This document shows, piece after piece, positions 30,331 to 41,041 of a stretch of 52,877 nucleotides of DNA. Below the pieces are notes generated by a model that worked only from the letters and a program-made list of their open reading frames with translations, was not told where the DNA came from and ran no database searches. This stretch comes from Trichormus sp. ATA11-4-KO1 (GTDB lineage Bacteria; Cyanobacteriota; Cyanobacteriia; Cyanobacteriales; Nostocaceae). The stretch covers positions 1 to 52,877 of the forward strand of contig JAHHIM010000031.1 in the NCBI GenBank assembly GCA_019358915.1, written 5' to 3'. Made by a program: the position numbers and the translations under genes. Numbering within the stretch: position 1 is the first letter of the stretch; every line of letters starts with the position of its first letter.

Positions 30331-30730
30331 TCCAGAAATTAAATATGCGTTATCAAGAAACCTTTTCTTGGGCGATCGCAGAGTATCTTGAGGCGAATTA
30401 CCTGAACTGCCATCATTTTTAGATAAACTGATGGCAAAGCATTGCAGATATAGCAATCCGATTCTTTAATCCACAGCGCACCAGGGCTGTGCATATTCCT
30501 GGGAATTCATTTGCCTCAACTCTGCTCTAGCACAATAGCATATAACTTAAATTTATTGCTATTACTTCTCACTTGCTTTTTAGCCTAAAAATAGCACATG
30601 GCAAACATAAGCTAACTGCAATCTAGAGAATTTGTAACTTTATCATCAGCTAAAAAGTGCGATTTAAATGATTTTGCCAATTAAACTATTTCAATAAATA
30701 AGAATTTATGTTATTTAATTTTATATGCAC

Positions 30731-30747
30731 TTGAAATAAATTATCAA
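30731..30747. promoter_or_regulatory. Putative Fur box upstream of the iron ABC operon
   Basis: TTGAAATAAATTATCAA; the right half is a perfect ATTATCA; AT-rich context weakens it. Confidence 0.45.
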
Positions 30748-30786
30748 TCAATTTATAGTTTGTTGAGCAGAAATATTAGATGGGTA

Positions 30787-31818
30787 ATGAGTAAATCAAC
30801 TTCCTCTTTAACCAGAGGATTTTTGTCAGCGCTAACTTTACCCTTTGGGGGTTTAGTTTTGGGATTAATAATTCTCCTAACATGCTTAATCTTCAGCGTT
30901 ACTCTCGGTGCGGCAGATATCCCTGTAGAAACTATCTATACAGCATTGATGGAGTTTGATGGTTCTAAAGAGCATTTAATTATTCGTACAGTTAGATTAC
31001 CGCGATCGCTACTGGCGGTGATGGTGGGTGCAGCTATCTCCGTATCTGGGGCGTTAATGCAAGGTATAACTCGTAACCCATTGGCTGACCCAGGGATCTT
31101 GGGAATTAACGCAGGTGCATCCTTGGCTGTGGTAATTTCTATCTTTATCTTTGGTGCATCTACACCAAGTGTTTATGTTTGGTATGCCTTTGCAGGTGCG
31201 GGAATTACTGCTATTAGTGTTTATTTTTTAGCTTCTCTTGGACGCAGTGGTATCACTCCTTTAAATCTCACTATCGCCGGTGCAGCTATTAGCGCCTTAC
31301 TTGCTTCACTTATTACTACTGTCTTAATCGTTAGTCAACGCACATTAGAAGAAATTCGCTTTTGGTTAGCGGGTTCTTTGGCAGGTGCTGATACAAATAT
31401 TATTGGTCAAGTGTTGCCTTACATTTGTATTGGCTTAATCTTGGCATTCCTCCTAGCAAGACAAATCACCATTCTCAGCCTAGGAGAGGATATTGCCAAA
31501 GGGTTAGGTCAACAAACCTTATGGATAAAAATTGCAGCTGCTATGAGCATTTTTCTTCTGCAAGGTAGTGCAGTTGCAGTTGCTGGCGGCATTGGTTTTA
31601 TTGGTTTAGTTGTTCCCCATATGGTTCGCTTCTTAGTAGGAGTAGATTACCGTTGGATTCTACCTTATAGCGCCCTTTTTGGCTCAATTCTCCTGCTATG
31701 TTCAGATATCTTTGCCAGATTGGTAATTCGACCCCAAGAAGTCCCCGTTGGGATTATGACTGCTTTAGTGGGTGCGCCATTCTTCATTTATTTAGCCAAA
31801 AATAAGATCAAAAAATGA
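30787..31818 (+). CDS. Fe-siderophore ABC permease (FecC/FhuB-like)
   Basis: [41 protein letters not shown]. Confidence 0.92.
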   Translation: MSKSTSSLTRGFLSALTLPFGGLVLGLIILLTCLIFSVTLGAADIPVETIYTALMEFDGSKEHLIIRTVRLPRSLLAVMVGAAISVSGALMQGITRNPLADPGILGINAGASLAVVISIFIFGASTPSVYVWYAFAGAGITAISVYFLASLGRSGITPLNLTIAGAAISALLASLITTVLIVSQRTLEEIRFWLAGSLAGADTNIIGQVLPYICIGLILAFLLARQITILSLGEDIAKGLGQQTLWIKIAAAMSIFLLQGSAVAVAGGIGFIGLVVPHMVRFLVGVDYRWILPYSALFGSILLLCSDIFARLVIRPQEVPVGIMTALVGAPFFIYLAKNKIKK

Positions 31819-32861
31819 GGAATAATAGCTTAATTTTCCGTTCTAAAACGTTTCCGATTTCCTTCCGCCTCCAGAAACGCGTTCCCATTGTTTTACTCAT
31901 CCTAGTAATCATTACTTTGGTAACAATGGTAATTAGCACTTCTATCGGCGAATATCCTACACCACCTCTAGCTGTAATTCAAACTGTGTTGGGAATAGAA
32001 ACTGGTAATCCTGAATATACTTTTGTCATCAATACCCTGCGGTTACCAAGAACTTTAACGGCTGGACTTGTGGGAATGGCATTAGCAGTTTCTGGGGCAA
32101 TTATGCAAGGCTTAACCCGAAATCCTTTAGCTGATCCAGGTATTATTGGCATTAATGCTGGTGCTGGTTTAGCGGCTGTGGCTTTGATTGTACTGTTTCC
32201 CAGTTTGCCTGTGGGAACTTTGCCTGTGGCTGCTTTTAGTGGTGCTTTAGCTGCTTCTGTACTAATTTACCTGCTGGCTTACGATAGAGGTACTCATCCC
32301 ATCCGCTTGATTTTAGTTGGTGTGGGAATTTCTGCTGTTACTGGTGCTTTTACTAGCTTATTGGTGACATTTGGCGAGATTAACAATGTTAGTGAAGCTT
32401 TAGTTTGGTTAGCTGGTAGCGTTTATGGACGCACATGGGAACAGCTTGTAGCTTTATTACCTTGGTTGATAGTATTTATTCCTTTAGCTTTAGCCAGCGC
32501 ACCACAATTAAACGCTTTAGCTTTGGGCGATGAAACAGCAAAGAGTTTAGGTAGTCGGGTAGAGTGGCAACGCAGTTTTTTACTATTAATTAGTGCAGCG
32601 CTTGCTGGTGCAGCAGTTGCCACAGCTGGCACGATTGGTTTTGTCGGATTAATTGCTCCCCACATTGCACGTCAGTTAGTAGGTAGCAATTATGAGGGAT
32701 TAATTCCTGTATCGGCGATATTTGGGGCAATGATTGTCGTAATTGCTGATTTACTGGGAAGAATTATCTTTGCTCCTGTGGAACTTCCTTGTGGAATTGT
32801 TACTGCTGTAATTGGCGCTCCTTACTTTATATATCTATTAGTACAAACTCGAAAGAAATGA
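31815..32861 (+). CDS. Fe-siderophore ABC permease (FecD-like)
   Basis: [28 protein letters not shown]; 4-nt overlap with the upstream gene. Confidence 0.92.
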   Translation: MRNNSLIFRSKTFPISFRLQKRVPIVLLILVIITLVTMVISTSIGEYPTPPLAVIQTVLGIETGNPEYTFVINTLRLPRTLTAGLVGMALAVSGAIMQGLTRNPLADPGIIGINAGAGLAAVALIVLFPSLPVGTLPVAAFSGALAASVLIYLLAYDRGTHPIRLILVGVGISAVTGAFTSLLVTFGEINNVSEALVWLAGSVYGRTWEQLVALLPWLIVFIPLALASAPQLNALALGDETAKSLGSRVEWQRSFLLLISAALAGAAVATAGTIGFVGLIAPHIARQLVGSNYEGLIPVSAIFGAMIVVIADLLGRIIFAPVELPCGIVTAVIGAPYFIYLLVQTRKK

Positions 32862-33670
32862 AATTACAAACTCATTTAGACTACCAACTATCTGCTAATA
32901 ACTTGTCTTTAGGATACGATGGTGTAACAATAGTTAAAAATCTAAACTTGACTATACCCAGAGGCAAAATTAGTGCCTTAGTTGGTGCTAATGGTTGTGG
33001 TAAGTCTACACTACTACGGGGATTAGCAAGGTTGCTAAAACCGCGTGGGGGTACAGTTTATTTAGATGCAGCAGATTTATTTAAGTTATCAACAAAAGAT
33101 GTCGCTAAAAAATTAGGAATTCTTGCCCAAGGGCCAGTTGCACCCGAAGGCTTAACAGTCAGAGATTTAGTCGCTTGTGGACGATTTCCTTATCAAAATT
33201 GGATGCAGCAGTGGTCTAAAGAAGATGAGCGATTTGTCGAGATAGCATTAGAAATTACCAGAATGAAAGAACTGGCTGAACGCGAGTTAGACACCCTTTC
33301 TGGTGGACAGCGACAGCGTGCGTGGATTGCCATGGCACTGGCTCAGAATACAGATATTTTGCTGTTAGATGAACCAACAACTTTTTTAGACTTAGCACAT
33401 CAAATTGAAGTTTTAGATTTGCTGTGGGAATTAAACCAAACCCAGGGAAGAACTTTAGTCATGGTGCTGCATGATTTAAATCAAGCTTGTCGTTATGCAG
33501 ATTATTTGGTGGCAGTGAAACAAGGTAACGTCTATACTCATGGCACGCCAGAAGAAGTGATGAATCAAAGGAATGTGCAAGAAGTATTTGGTTTGGATTC
33601 TAAAATTGTTACTGATCCTGTTGCTGGGACACCGATGTGTATTCCCATTAGTCGGATACGGTGTTCATGA
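32858..33670 (+). CDS. Fe-siderophore ABC ATPase (FecE/FhuC-like)
   Basis: [35 protein letters not shown] overlap start. Confidence 0.92.
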   Translation: MKLQTHLDYQLSANNLSLGYDGVTIVKNLNLTIPRGKISALVGANGCGKSTLLRGLARLLKPRGGTVYLDAADLFKLSTKDVAKKLGILAQGPVAPEGLTVRDLVACGRFPYQNWMQQWSKEDERFVEIALEITRMKELAERELDTLSGGQRQRAWIAMALAQNTDILLLDEPTTFLDLAHQIEVLDLLWELNQTQGRTLVMVLHDLNQACRYADYLVAVKQGNVYTHGTPEEVMNQRNVQEVFGLDSKIVTDPVAGTPMCIPISRIRCS

Positions 33671-33887
33671 ATAAGGCTGTATCTATTTAAATACAAGCCT
33701 TTAAAGTCTATTTTAGTATATTTATCCGGGAGGCAGTTTAGTTGAATAAAAGCTTAGGCATTACTCAAGGTGCAATAGCTATCTTGGTAATGCCATAAGC
33801 TAGTTGGGTATGTAGATTTGGCTGACTCGAATACTATTATGTATGGCTGATGTTTGATTTGATGTTGGGGTTTTCGTTAAAGTTAGC

Positions 33888-33920
33888 GTATAACTTGTAT
33901 GAGTTGTATAAATTGTATTC
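33888..33920. promoter_or_regulatory. 9-bp tandem direct repeats upstream of the NACHT gene
   Basis: GTATAACTT GTATGAGTT GTATAAATT GTATTC. Confidence 0.45.
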
Positions 33921-33954
33921 AAATCAGCAGATCTGTATATAGTGGTGTAAGGCA

Positions 33955-36294
33955 ATGGCAAAGCGATCGCTCCAAGCATCGGCTGAAGGCATTAGAAAGG
34001 CTAAACAGGCTTTTAAGCGCAAAGGCTGGACACAAGAATATTTAGCGGCCGAAGTCAGTTTGGAAACTCGCCAGCCTATTTGGAAGTTTTTTACTGGTAA
34101 GCCTATTGACCGCCATGTTTTTAATGATATTTGCTTTGTGCTGGAACTAGAACCCTCGGAAATTGCTCAAAAGTTAATTTTTGATGAATCTACTTTTTTA
34201 TGTACTCCCGCAGATATCACACTAGATATTAATGCCTTGGTGCAAAAATTGCGATCTGCCAATCATGACAAAATTCAAGCTCAATGCGCTACTTTGCAGC
34301 TTTTAGATATTGCTCGACCCATCGAATTAAATCATCTTTATATTGATGTTAATATTTTTGAAGAAATCACGAGCAAGCGATGGCTAGAACTTAGCGATTT
34401 GCAACAATTGAACACAAATGAATTTAACAAAATTAACTTAAATTATTCATCTCAACAACGAATTAAGGGTATAGAGGCAGTTACAAAATATTCTAAATTA
34501 ATAGTATTGGGTAAACCAGGTTCGGGTAAAACTACATTTTTGCAATCGATTGCTCTTAGTTGTAATCAAGGAGATTTTCAACCAGATTATCTACCAGTAT
34601 TTATCAGGTTAAAAAACCTTGCTGAAGATATGCGAGGACGTAATTCCATCAATTTATTAAACTACCTGTATGAATATTTTATAAATTTTGGGATTGCTGA
34701 ACAAGAACTGACCACAGTATTGTTTCATGGCAGAGCTTTAATTTTATTAGATGGATTAGATGAAATTAGTGGAGAAGATTCAGAAAACATTTTCCAGGAA
34801 ATTCGTAAATTCGCTGATAAATATTATAAAAATCAAATTATTGTTACTTGTCGCCTGGATTCCCATCACTATAAGCTTCAGGGATTCACTGAAATTGAAA
34901 TTGCTGATTTTACTAAACCACAAATTGCCGCTTTTGCTGAAAAGTGGTTTTTAGCAGTTGCCAAAAATGCTCTCACAGAAGCACCGATTTTGGCACAGAA
35001 GTTGATACAAAAGCTAGAGCTAACAGAAAACTTGCGAATTTTGGAATTAGCTAGTCTGCCAATTTTACTGAATCTTGTCTGCTTAGTTTTTAAATCTGTG
35101 GAAAATTTCCCAGTTAATCGCTCGGAATTTTATAAACAAGGATTGGATTTGTTGTTGGTACGATGGGATGAAATAAAAGGGATTAAACGAGATCGCGTTG
35201 ATAGTGATTTGTCATTGCTGCATACAATTAAGTTACTTAGTCATATAGCAGCAATTTCCTTATTTTCAGGGGATTATTTTGTACCTAAAACTAAAATGCG
35301 ACAACTCATTGCTGACTATCTATGCCAGCTTCCCAATGGGACAACAGATGCCGATGCTTTAGAATTAGAAAGTGCAGCGCTGTTAAAAGCAATTGCAGTT
35401 CAACATGGCTTATTAATTGAAAAGGCACGAGGAATTTATGCTTTTTCCCATTTAATCTTTCAAGAGTATTTTGCTGTCAGGGAAATTGTGATAACTCGCA
35501 ATTTCCAAATACTGCCAGAAGTTGTAAATCATCTCAATGAACAACGTTGGCGGCAAATATTTTTATTAATTGCGGAAATGTGGAAACCCGCAGATGATTT
35601 GTTATTGCTAATGAAGCAAAAAATTGATAATTTAACAACTACAAATATCAAACTGCATAATTTTTGCAAATGGGTATGTCAAAAATCTTCTACAGTTAAT
35701 ACATCTTATAATTTGGCCAGTGTGCGTGCCTTTTATTTTACTATTGCCCTTCCCGCCGCACATCCTCTGGCTTGTAACCAAGATTTGCCAATATCCTTGG
35801 ATCATCAACTGGCTGGTAATCTGGCAATTGATTTAGCATTGGATCTAGCTCTGACTCATGCACTTACTGTGAGTCAGTCAATAAATGCTGATATGTTCTT
35901 TCTCAGGTTCTCTGCTTTAAGTTTAGCCCTTGACCTAAGACATTTGTTAGTAGGTGAACCATCTTTACAAACAGCGCTGCAAGACATCAATAACCAGCTA
36001 CCATCACCAATTCAAGGTAAAGAAGCACTCAGAATATGGTGGCAGGCTAATGGTAAAACTTGGACTGAGAAATTGCGAACTCTGATGATTGAGACTCGCC
36101 AAATTGGTTATGATTGGCAGTTCAATCAACAGGATTGGCAGTATTTACAGCAATATTGGGATGCGAATAAACTACTTTTAGATTGTCTTAATCATGCTAG
36201 TGATATTACTTTTAACACGCAAGATTGGCTCGAGAAAAACTTATTCTTAATTTGTAGTGATAGTTCAGTACATGAGGGACTTGCAATTAAATAG
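33955..36294 (+). CDS. NACHT NTPase with N-terminal HTH and helical C-terminal domain
   Basis: GWTQEYLAAEV...IWKFF HTH; Walker A GKPGSGKTT; Walker B LLDGLDE; VTCR; FSHLIFQEYF. Confidence 0.88.
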   Translation: MAKRSLQASAEGIRKAKQAFKRKGWTQEYLAAEVSLETRQPIWKFFTGKPIDRHVFNDICFVLELEPSEIAQKLIFDESTFLCTPADITLDINALVQKLRSANHDKIQAQCATLQLLDIARPIELNHLYIDVNIFEEITSKRWLELSDLQQLNTNEFNKINLNYSSQQRIKGIEAVTKYSKLIVLGKPGSGKTTFLQSIALSCNQGDFQPDYLPVFIRLKNLAEDMRGRNSINLLNYLYEYFINFGIAEQELTTVLFHGRALILLDGLDEISGEDSENIFQEIRKFADKYYKNQIIVTCRLDSHHYKLQGFTEIEIADFTKPQIAAFAEKWFLAVAKNALTEAPILAQKLIQKLELTENLRILELASLPILLNLVCLVFKSVENFPVNRSEFYKQGLDLLLVRWDEIKGIKRDRVDSDLSLLHTIKLLSHIAAISLFSGDYFVPKTKMRQLIADYLCQLPNGTTDADALELESAALLKAIAVQHGLLIEKARGIYAFSHLIFQEYFAVREIVITRNFQILPEVVNHLNEQRWRQIFLLIAEMWKPADDLLLLMKQKIDNLTTTNIKLHNFCKWVCQKSSTVNTSYNLASVRAFYFTIALPAAHPLACNQDLPISLDHQLAGNLAIDLALDLALTHALTVSQSINADMFFLRFSALSLALDLRHLLVGEPSLQTALQDINNQLPSPIQGKEALRIWWQANGKTWTEKLRTLMIETRQIGYDWQFNQQDWQYLQQYWDANKLLLDCLNHASDITFNTQDWLEKNLFLICSDSSVHEGLAIK

Positions 36295-36308
36295 GCGATC
36301 GCTTATCC

Positions 36309-37349
36309 TCAACTAGCGGCAATTTTGACAATTTTCGCAGCTTCATCTACTGTGATCCGTACCAGCCCAAACTGTTCAATGATGGCTGCATTTGTCGTCA
36401 AATGTGAACTTACTTCAGCTACTCTATACTGACTTTGCTGTGACGCTAAAACTGCTGGTAATAATAATTGATCAGCTAAATGTTCATCTACAGGTGCGCC
36501 GGTTTGATGAAACTTCAGTAGTTGTTCGCAGGCAATTTCTGCCACTTTTTCAGATGACAACCGCAAACGTCCCAGCCCACCAAACCCAGTTAAGCTGTTC
36601 TCATACTCAGCCGTCAGAAAAATACCTGCCCCTGGTGCTACACCCTTTTCTCGTACAGCTTTGACAGTGGCTTTTAATCCTGCTTCCCGCAACAAATTTT
36701 CGGCACGATTTGCCATACGTTGGGGAATATGGGCAGGTAATTCTGTTACCACTGCCAACCCCTTTACCTGTTGCAAATCTCCACGTTCTAACAAGTTGAT
36801 ACCGCCGAGTTGGCTACCACCACTCACCCGCAGCTGAATTTCTCCTCTACCTTGGGGATACCACCCCCAAGCGCCTAATTTAACTTCTGCATCTATCCCC
36901 ATACGGTTAAGGATTGGGAGATAAACTTGCTCAATATATGTAATTGTCGGGCTAAAGTTGACATGAGTTCCACCCCGCAGCGTTACCAAGGAATCACCAG
37001 ATGCCAAAGACAAAGGCAAAAGTATAGTCTGTAGAACCAAAGTAATCGCACCAGCAGAACCACCTTGTTGCACTTCACTGACATCAAAAGTGTAAGTTGC
37101 CGCTTGCACAGAACTACCGGGAATAAATTCCAGCATCATTGAACCCAAAGCATCACCACGCATTTGGGCATGACAAATTCTCGCAGCAGCGCGAACTGCT
37201 GTTAAGTGTTGCGGTGCTAATCCTGGCTTTTTGCGTCCGGCGCGAATTCCAGCAATGCGAATTGGTTCGCCAGTGATGGCGGCTAGACTTAAGGATGTGC
37301 GGAGAACCTGTCCGCCTCCTTCTCCATAGGAACCGTCAATTTCAATCAT
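36309..37349 (-). CDS. rtcA: RNA 3'-terminal phosphate cyclase
   Basis: DGSYGEGGGQVLR, PGLAPQHL, GGTH, DEHLADQL, HLTTN. Confidence 0.95.
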   Translation of the reverse strand: MIEIDGSYGEGGGQVLRTSLSLAAITGEPIRIAGIRAGRKKPGLAPQHLTAVRAAARICHAQMRGDALGSMMLEFIPGSSVQAATYTFDVSEVQQGGSAGAITLVLQTILLPLSLASGDSLVTLRGGTHVNFSPTITYIEQVYLPILNRMGIDAEVKLGAWGWYPQGRGEIQLRVSGGSQLGGINLLERGDLQQVKGLAVVTELPAHIPQRMANRAENLLREAGLKATVKAVREKGVAPGAGIFLTAEYENSLTGFGGLGRLRLSSEKVAEIACEQLLKFHQTGAPVDEHLADQLLLPAVLASQQSQYRVAEVSSHLTTNAAIIEQFGLVRITVDEAAKIVKIAAS

Positions 37350-37424
37350 GGGTGATGTTGATGTGGGATTTTGGGATTGTCACCACGGTTCTGGGAAACA
37401 CACCACTAATAAACTTGTGATTCC

Positions 37425-38771
37425 CTAATTAGGAAGTTTGAATTCTAGTACTTTGCTTTTCCCAGGATTCATTAATCCATAGGGGTCAACCATTTCTTTA
37501 AATTTTAACTGTTCAGGGTCAATAACTTTTCTGCCACCGTCTTCAATAATATATGTGTGAGGATTGGCAATAAATATACCCTGGGCTTCGTGATAGCGAA
37601 TGATTTCGTTGAGGCGTGCTTCTGTGGTGTAACGCACAAGTTGTAAAGCAGCAGGAATTACCTTGCCATTTACCCGAATAAATTCTAAATGCATCATCAC
37701 TTCATCACCGAAATAATCAGACAACTGCTCCACCAGTTCTAAGTTGGCATCAGCAGGAAACATACTTTGCAAGTAGGTGATGGAAGTATCTACAGTGCGG
37801 GCGTGTAAGGTCGTGTGGTTCCAAGTAAATTCTCCCAAATTTAAACCTTTACCCGCTTCGTGGGCTGGTTTTTGATAAGTAATCTGGCCGTTATATTGCT
37901 GTACTAAACCAGGCAAAAATTCTAAATTAGGCTCGGCAATTAGCAATAATGCTGGGTGAGTACCTTCAGGAATGTACTGTTGTAAAGCATGAAAGTATTG
38001 AGGAATTGGCGTTGCAAAAACAGCAATCAATTTTTTAATTATGCCATCAGCATTACCCAGGGCTTGTCCGAATTTTGCTGCGGTCATAAAGTCATCAAAT
38101 GTGACTATAACTTCTGCCCAAGGATAAGCTGGCCCTAAGGGAATTTCTACTTCGGTGATGATGCCATTAATTCCCCAGGCATGATTTACCTTTTGCACAT
38201 CATCACCACGCAATTCAATCACACGGGGTTGATCTTCTAAAGTTACCACTTGCAGTGCCAAAAGATTACCGCGATCGCCTAGTAACCCATATTGGATTGA
38301 ACCAATACCCCCACTCCCACCAGCAATAAATCCGCCAATTGTGGCTGTGCGGTATGTAGAGGGTGTCATTCGCATTTCCCAGCCAATTTCTCGCGCTTTT
38401 TTATCTAAGGCTGCTAGCTTAACGCCAGCTTCTACTCGCGCTACCCCTGGTTTCACCCATGGTATCCCCTGCATCTTGGTCATATCGACAATTACGCCGC
38501 CATGTAAAGGCACGCATTGTCCATAATTTCCGGTTCCCGCACCCCGCACAGTCACAGGTACGCGGTGTTTGGCACAGGTGGCGGCAATTTGTAATACTTC
38601 TTTCTCGTTTGCAGGACGTACCACTATATCCCCAACTTTGCCCTCTAGTTTCGGCACTAGCACGGGGCTAAAGGTGTGGTAATCCTGGGATAATTTTGCT
38701 ACTTGGGTGGTATCTGTAATTGTTTCTATGTCTTTTAGAGAGTTAATCAGGGTATCTAATGTTTTCGTCAT
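37425..38771 (-). CDS. FAD-binding oxidoreductase (VAO/GlcD-like)
   Basis: RGAGTGNYG, ATIGGFIAGG, GIITE, DPYGLMNPGK. Confidence 0.85.
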   Translation of the reverse strand: MTKTLDTLINSLKDIETITDTTQVAKLSQDYHTFSPVLVPKLEGKVGDIVVRPANEKEVLQIAATCAKHRVPVTVRGAGTGNYGQCVPLHGGVIVDMTKMQGIPWVKPGVARVEAGVKLAALDKKAREIGWEMRMTPSTYRTATIGGFIAGGSGGIGSIQYGLLGDRGNLLALQVVTLEDQPRVIELRGDDVQKVNHAWGINGIITEVEIPLGPAYPWAEVIVTFDDFMTAAKFGQALGNADGIIKKLIAVFATPIPQYFHALQQYIPEGTHPALLLIAEPNLEFLPGLVQQYNGQITYQKPAHEAGKGLNLGEFTWNHTTLHARTVDTSITYLQSMFPADANLELVEQLSDYFGDEVMMHLEFIRVNGKVIPAALQLVRYTTEARLNEIIRYHEAQGIFIANPHTYIIEDGGRKVIDPEQLKFKEMVDPYGLMNPGKSKVLEFKLPN

Positions 38772-38790
38772 AGTTTATATCCTGTTTTTT

Positions 38791-38848
38791 AACGCAGAGG
38801 AACACAAAGAAACGTGGAGGATGTTTTAACTCTGTGTCCCTCTGCGTT
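38791..38848. repeat. SDR-type inverted repeat hairpin
   Basis: AACGCAGAGGAACACA ... TGTGTCCCTCTGCGTT. Confidence 0.6.
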
Positions 38849-38936
38849 TTTAAACTGTAGTTTTCATGTTTCCAGAAAATGGTATAAAGACTTTATAATC
38901 CCAAATCTAAAATCCACAATGGGGATGACTGCTGTT

Positions 38937-39407
38937 TTAGCTAAGTCTGAGTGTACATTCTAAAATTAATTTTTGATTTACTAGCGAATAAGGTTGAATC
39001 TCTAAAGCGCGTTTAAAAGCTTTAATAGCTTGACCATACTTCCCCAAGGCGGCGTAACACAAGCCCATGCCATGAAGTGCCCCAAAATGAACTGGATTAA
39101 TCTGGATCACCATCTGACAGTCTGCCAGAGATTGTTTATACTCGCCCATACTGTAGTAGAGAAAAGCACGTCGATTCCAGGCTTCGGCAAAATCTGGTTG
39201 GTCTTTAATTAATTCTGTCAACATGGCTTCAGCTTCAGCCATTTCCCCCGCATCCAGTAACTTTTGACTCTGGTCAATTCTTTCTAGCCCATAAATTCCC
39301 TTTTGCTGAAACCAGATCCGCCAGAGTTTCTTGGTGGCTTGCTCTCGCACTGTGGAGTCGGGATTTTTCAAGTCTTCAAGTAAGGAATTGATAGATAAAG
39401 AATCCAT
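38937..39407 (-). CDS. Tetratricopeptide repeat protein
   Basis: PDFAEAWNRRA, PVHFGALHGMG, A...F.RALEIQP. Confidence 0.85.
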   Translation of the reverse strand: MDSLSINSLLEDLKNPDSTVREQATKKLWRIWFQQKGIYGLERIDQSQKLLDAGEMAEAEAMLTELIKDQPDFAEAWNRRAFLYYSMGEYKQSLADCQMVIQINPVHFGALHGMGLCYAALGKYGQAIKAFKRALEIQPYSLVNQKLILECTLRLS

Positions 39408-39550
39408 GAATTTGAAGTTGGTAATTGTAACGTTGTATCTTTAGTATTAAGGTATCAACTTTCGCCGAAAATCTACTAAGTCTTTTTTAAAGTCCTGTTG
39501 AAATTTTTGAGATAATAACGGGAAATTAAGCAATTCCTATGTTATTTATT

Positions 39551-39592
39551 GTATTAAGTAATACTATTAATCTCAAACTATACATGTAAAGT
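39551..39592 (+). promoter_or_regulatory. Canonical NtcA-activated (class II) promoter
   Basis: GTA-TTAAGTAA-TAC (39551-39564), 22 nt, TAAAGT (39587-39592). Confidence 0.7.
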
Positions 39593-39701
39593 TATCAGTG
39601 ATTGGTCATTAGGATACCAAACTTTTAAAACCACAACTGACTATTAGCAGTTGACAAATCCCTGGTGACTAATAGTTCATAAAAACATCACAAAACAACA
39701 A

Positions 39702-40964
39702 ATGACTATGCCAAAGCCAAACAGCGTTTCCAGGCATATTGTTCTCACTTCCCATCCCAGTCGCTTTGGGCCTAAGCCGATTCCCATTCATTGGGGAGCC
39801 GCAGATGCCATGCAACGCGGCCCGATTATTGCTACTTTGACGCAGCAAGCACATCGCAACGTGATTGGTACGCACTCCGGCAGTTATGCAATTTATCGCG
39901 CTTTAGCGGTGGCTAGTGGTGCTTTACAGTCAGACCATCGAGCTGATTTAACTAATACATCGCCCATTGAGCGTATTGGGCCTCATCCTAGTTGGGCTGA
40001 TCCTGATAAGATTGTCTCTCTTGATCCATTTGGCGCGATCGCTCCTGAGGTGTTTGCATCTTATTATGAACAGGGCTATGATATCCGCCCGACTATCGCC
40101 ATTACTACAGCTCACATTAATATGCCGGAACTGCAAGATGCAGTAGCCAAAGGACGCTTGCAGGTGGATGGCCAGATTATGAAACCAAATGGTGATTTGG
40201 TCGTTACCAAAGCTGCCATTGAACCTGTGTGGTATTTACCAGGAGTCGCCAAACGCTTTGGCATCTCAGAAGGTGATTTGCGTCGGGCTTTATTTGAACA
40301 AACTGGGGGGATGTTCCCTGAACTAGTGACACGTTCTGATTTGGAGGTGTTTTTACCGCCCATTGGGGGTTTGACGGTGTATATTGTCGGTGATCTAGCG
40401 GCAATTACTGATCCTGATAAACCAGTAGCTGTGCGGGTACATGATGAATGTAACGGTTCTGATGTGTTTGGCTCGGATATTTGCACCTGTCGTCCTTATC
40501 TAGTACACGGGATTGAGGTGTGTGTACAAACGGCACAGTCAGGCGGTGTGGGAATAATTGTCTATTTCCGCAAAGAAGGCCGCGCTTTGGGAGAAGTGAC
40601 TAAGTTCTTAGTTTACAATGCTCGCAAGCGTCAAGCAGGAGGCGATCGCGCTGATGCCTATTTTACACGGACGGAATGTGTGGCGGGAGTGCAAGATATG
40701 CGTTTTCAAGAACTGATGCCTGATGTGTTGCATTGGTTAGGTATTACCCGGATTGACCGGATGGTGTCGATGAGTAATATGAAGTACAACGCTATTACTG
40801 AAGCGGGAATTGAGATTAGGGAAAGAGTAGCGATTCCAGAAGATTTAATTCCCCAAGATGCACGGGTAGAAATTGAGGCGAAGAAGGCTGCTGGTTATTA
40901 CACCACAGGCGATGTTTTAGATATTGGTGGTTTAGCTGATGTCAAGGGGCGGTCTTTGGAATAG
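39702..40964 (+). CDS. URC1-type GTP cyclohydrolase II-like protein
   Basis: Long N-terminal domain (RNVIGTHSGSY); RVHDECNGSDVFGSDICTC; EGRALG. Confidence 0.88.
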   Translation: MTMPKPNSVSRHIVLTSHPSRFGPKPIPIHWGAADAMQRGPIIATLTQQAHRNVIGTHSGSYAIYRALAVASGALQSDHRADLTNTSPIERIGPHPSWADPDKIVSLDPFGAIAPEVFASYYEQGYDIRPTIAITTAHINMPELQDAVAKGRLQVDGQIMKPNGDLVVTKAAIEPVWYLPGVAKRFGISEGDLRRALFEQTGGMFPELVTRSDLEVFLPPIGGLTVYIVGDLAAITDPDKPVAVRVHDECNGSDVFGSDICTCRPYLVHGIEVCVQTAQSGGVGIIVYFRKEGRALGEVTKFLVYNARKRQAGGDRADAYFTRTECVAGVQDMRFQELMPDVLHWLGITRIDRMVSMSNMKYNAITEAGIEIRERVAIPEDLIPQDARVEIEAKKAAGYYTTGDVLDIGGLADVKGRSLE

Positions 40965-41041
40965 GGATTAGGGGACAAGGGGACAAGAACAAAAATACTC
41001 CCTCACTCCCCCATCCCCCACAATTTAAATAGGAGTTGCAG

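Noticed and set aside
33955..37349. NACHT + rtcA as one RNA-repair defence system
   Set aside because: The genes are convergent, no rtcB or rtcR is present, and no shared regulation is visible.
39702..40964. Annotation as ribA (riboflavin synthesis)
   Set aside because: The long N-terminal extension and linkage to DUF1688 and upp indicate the URC1 type.
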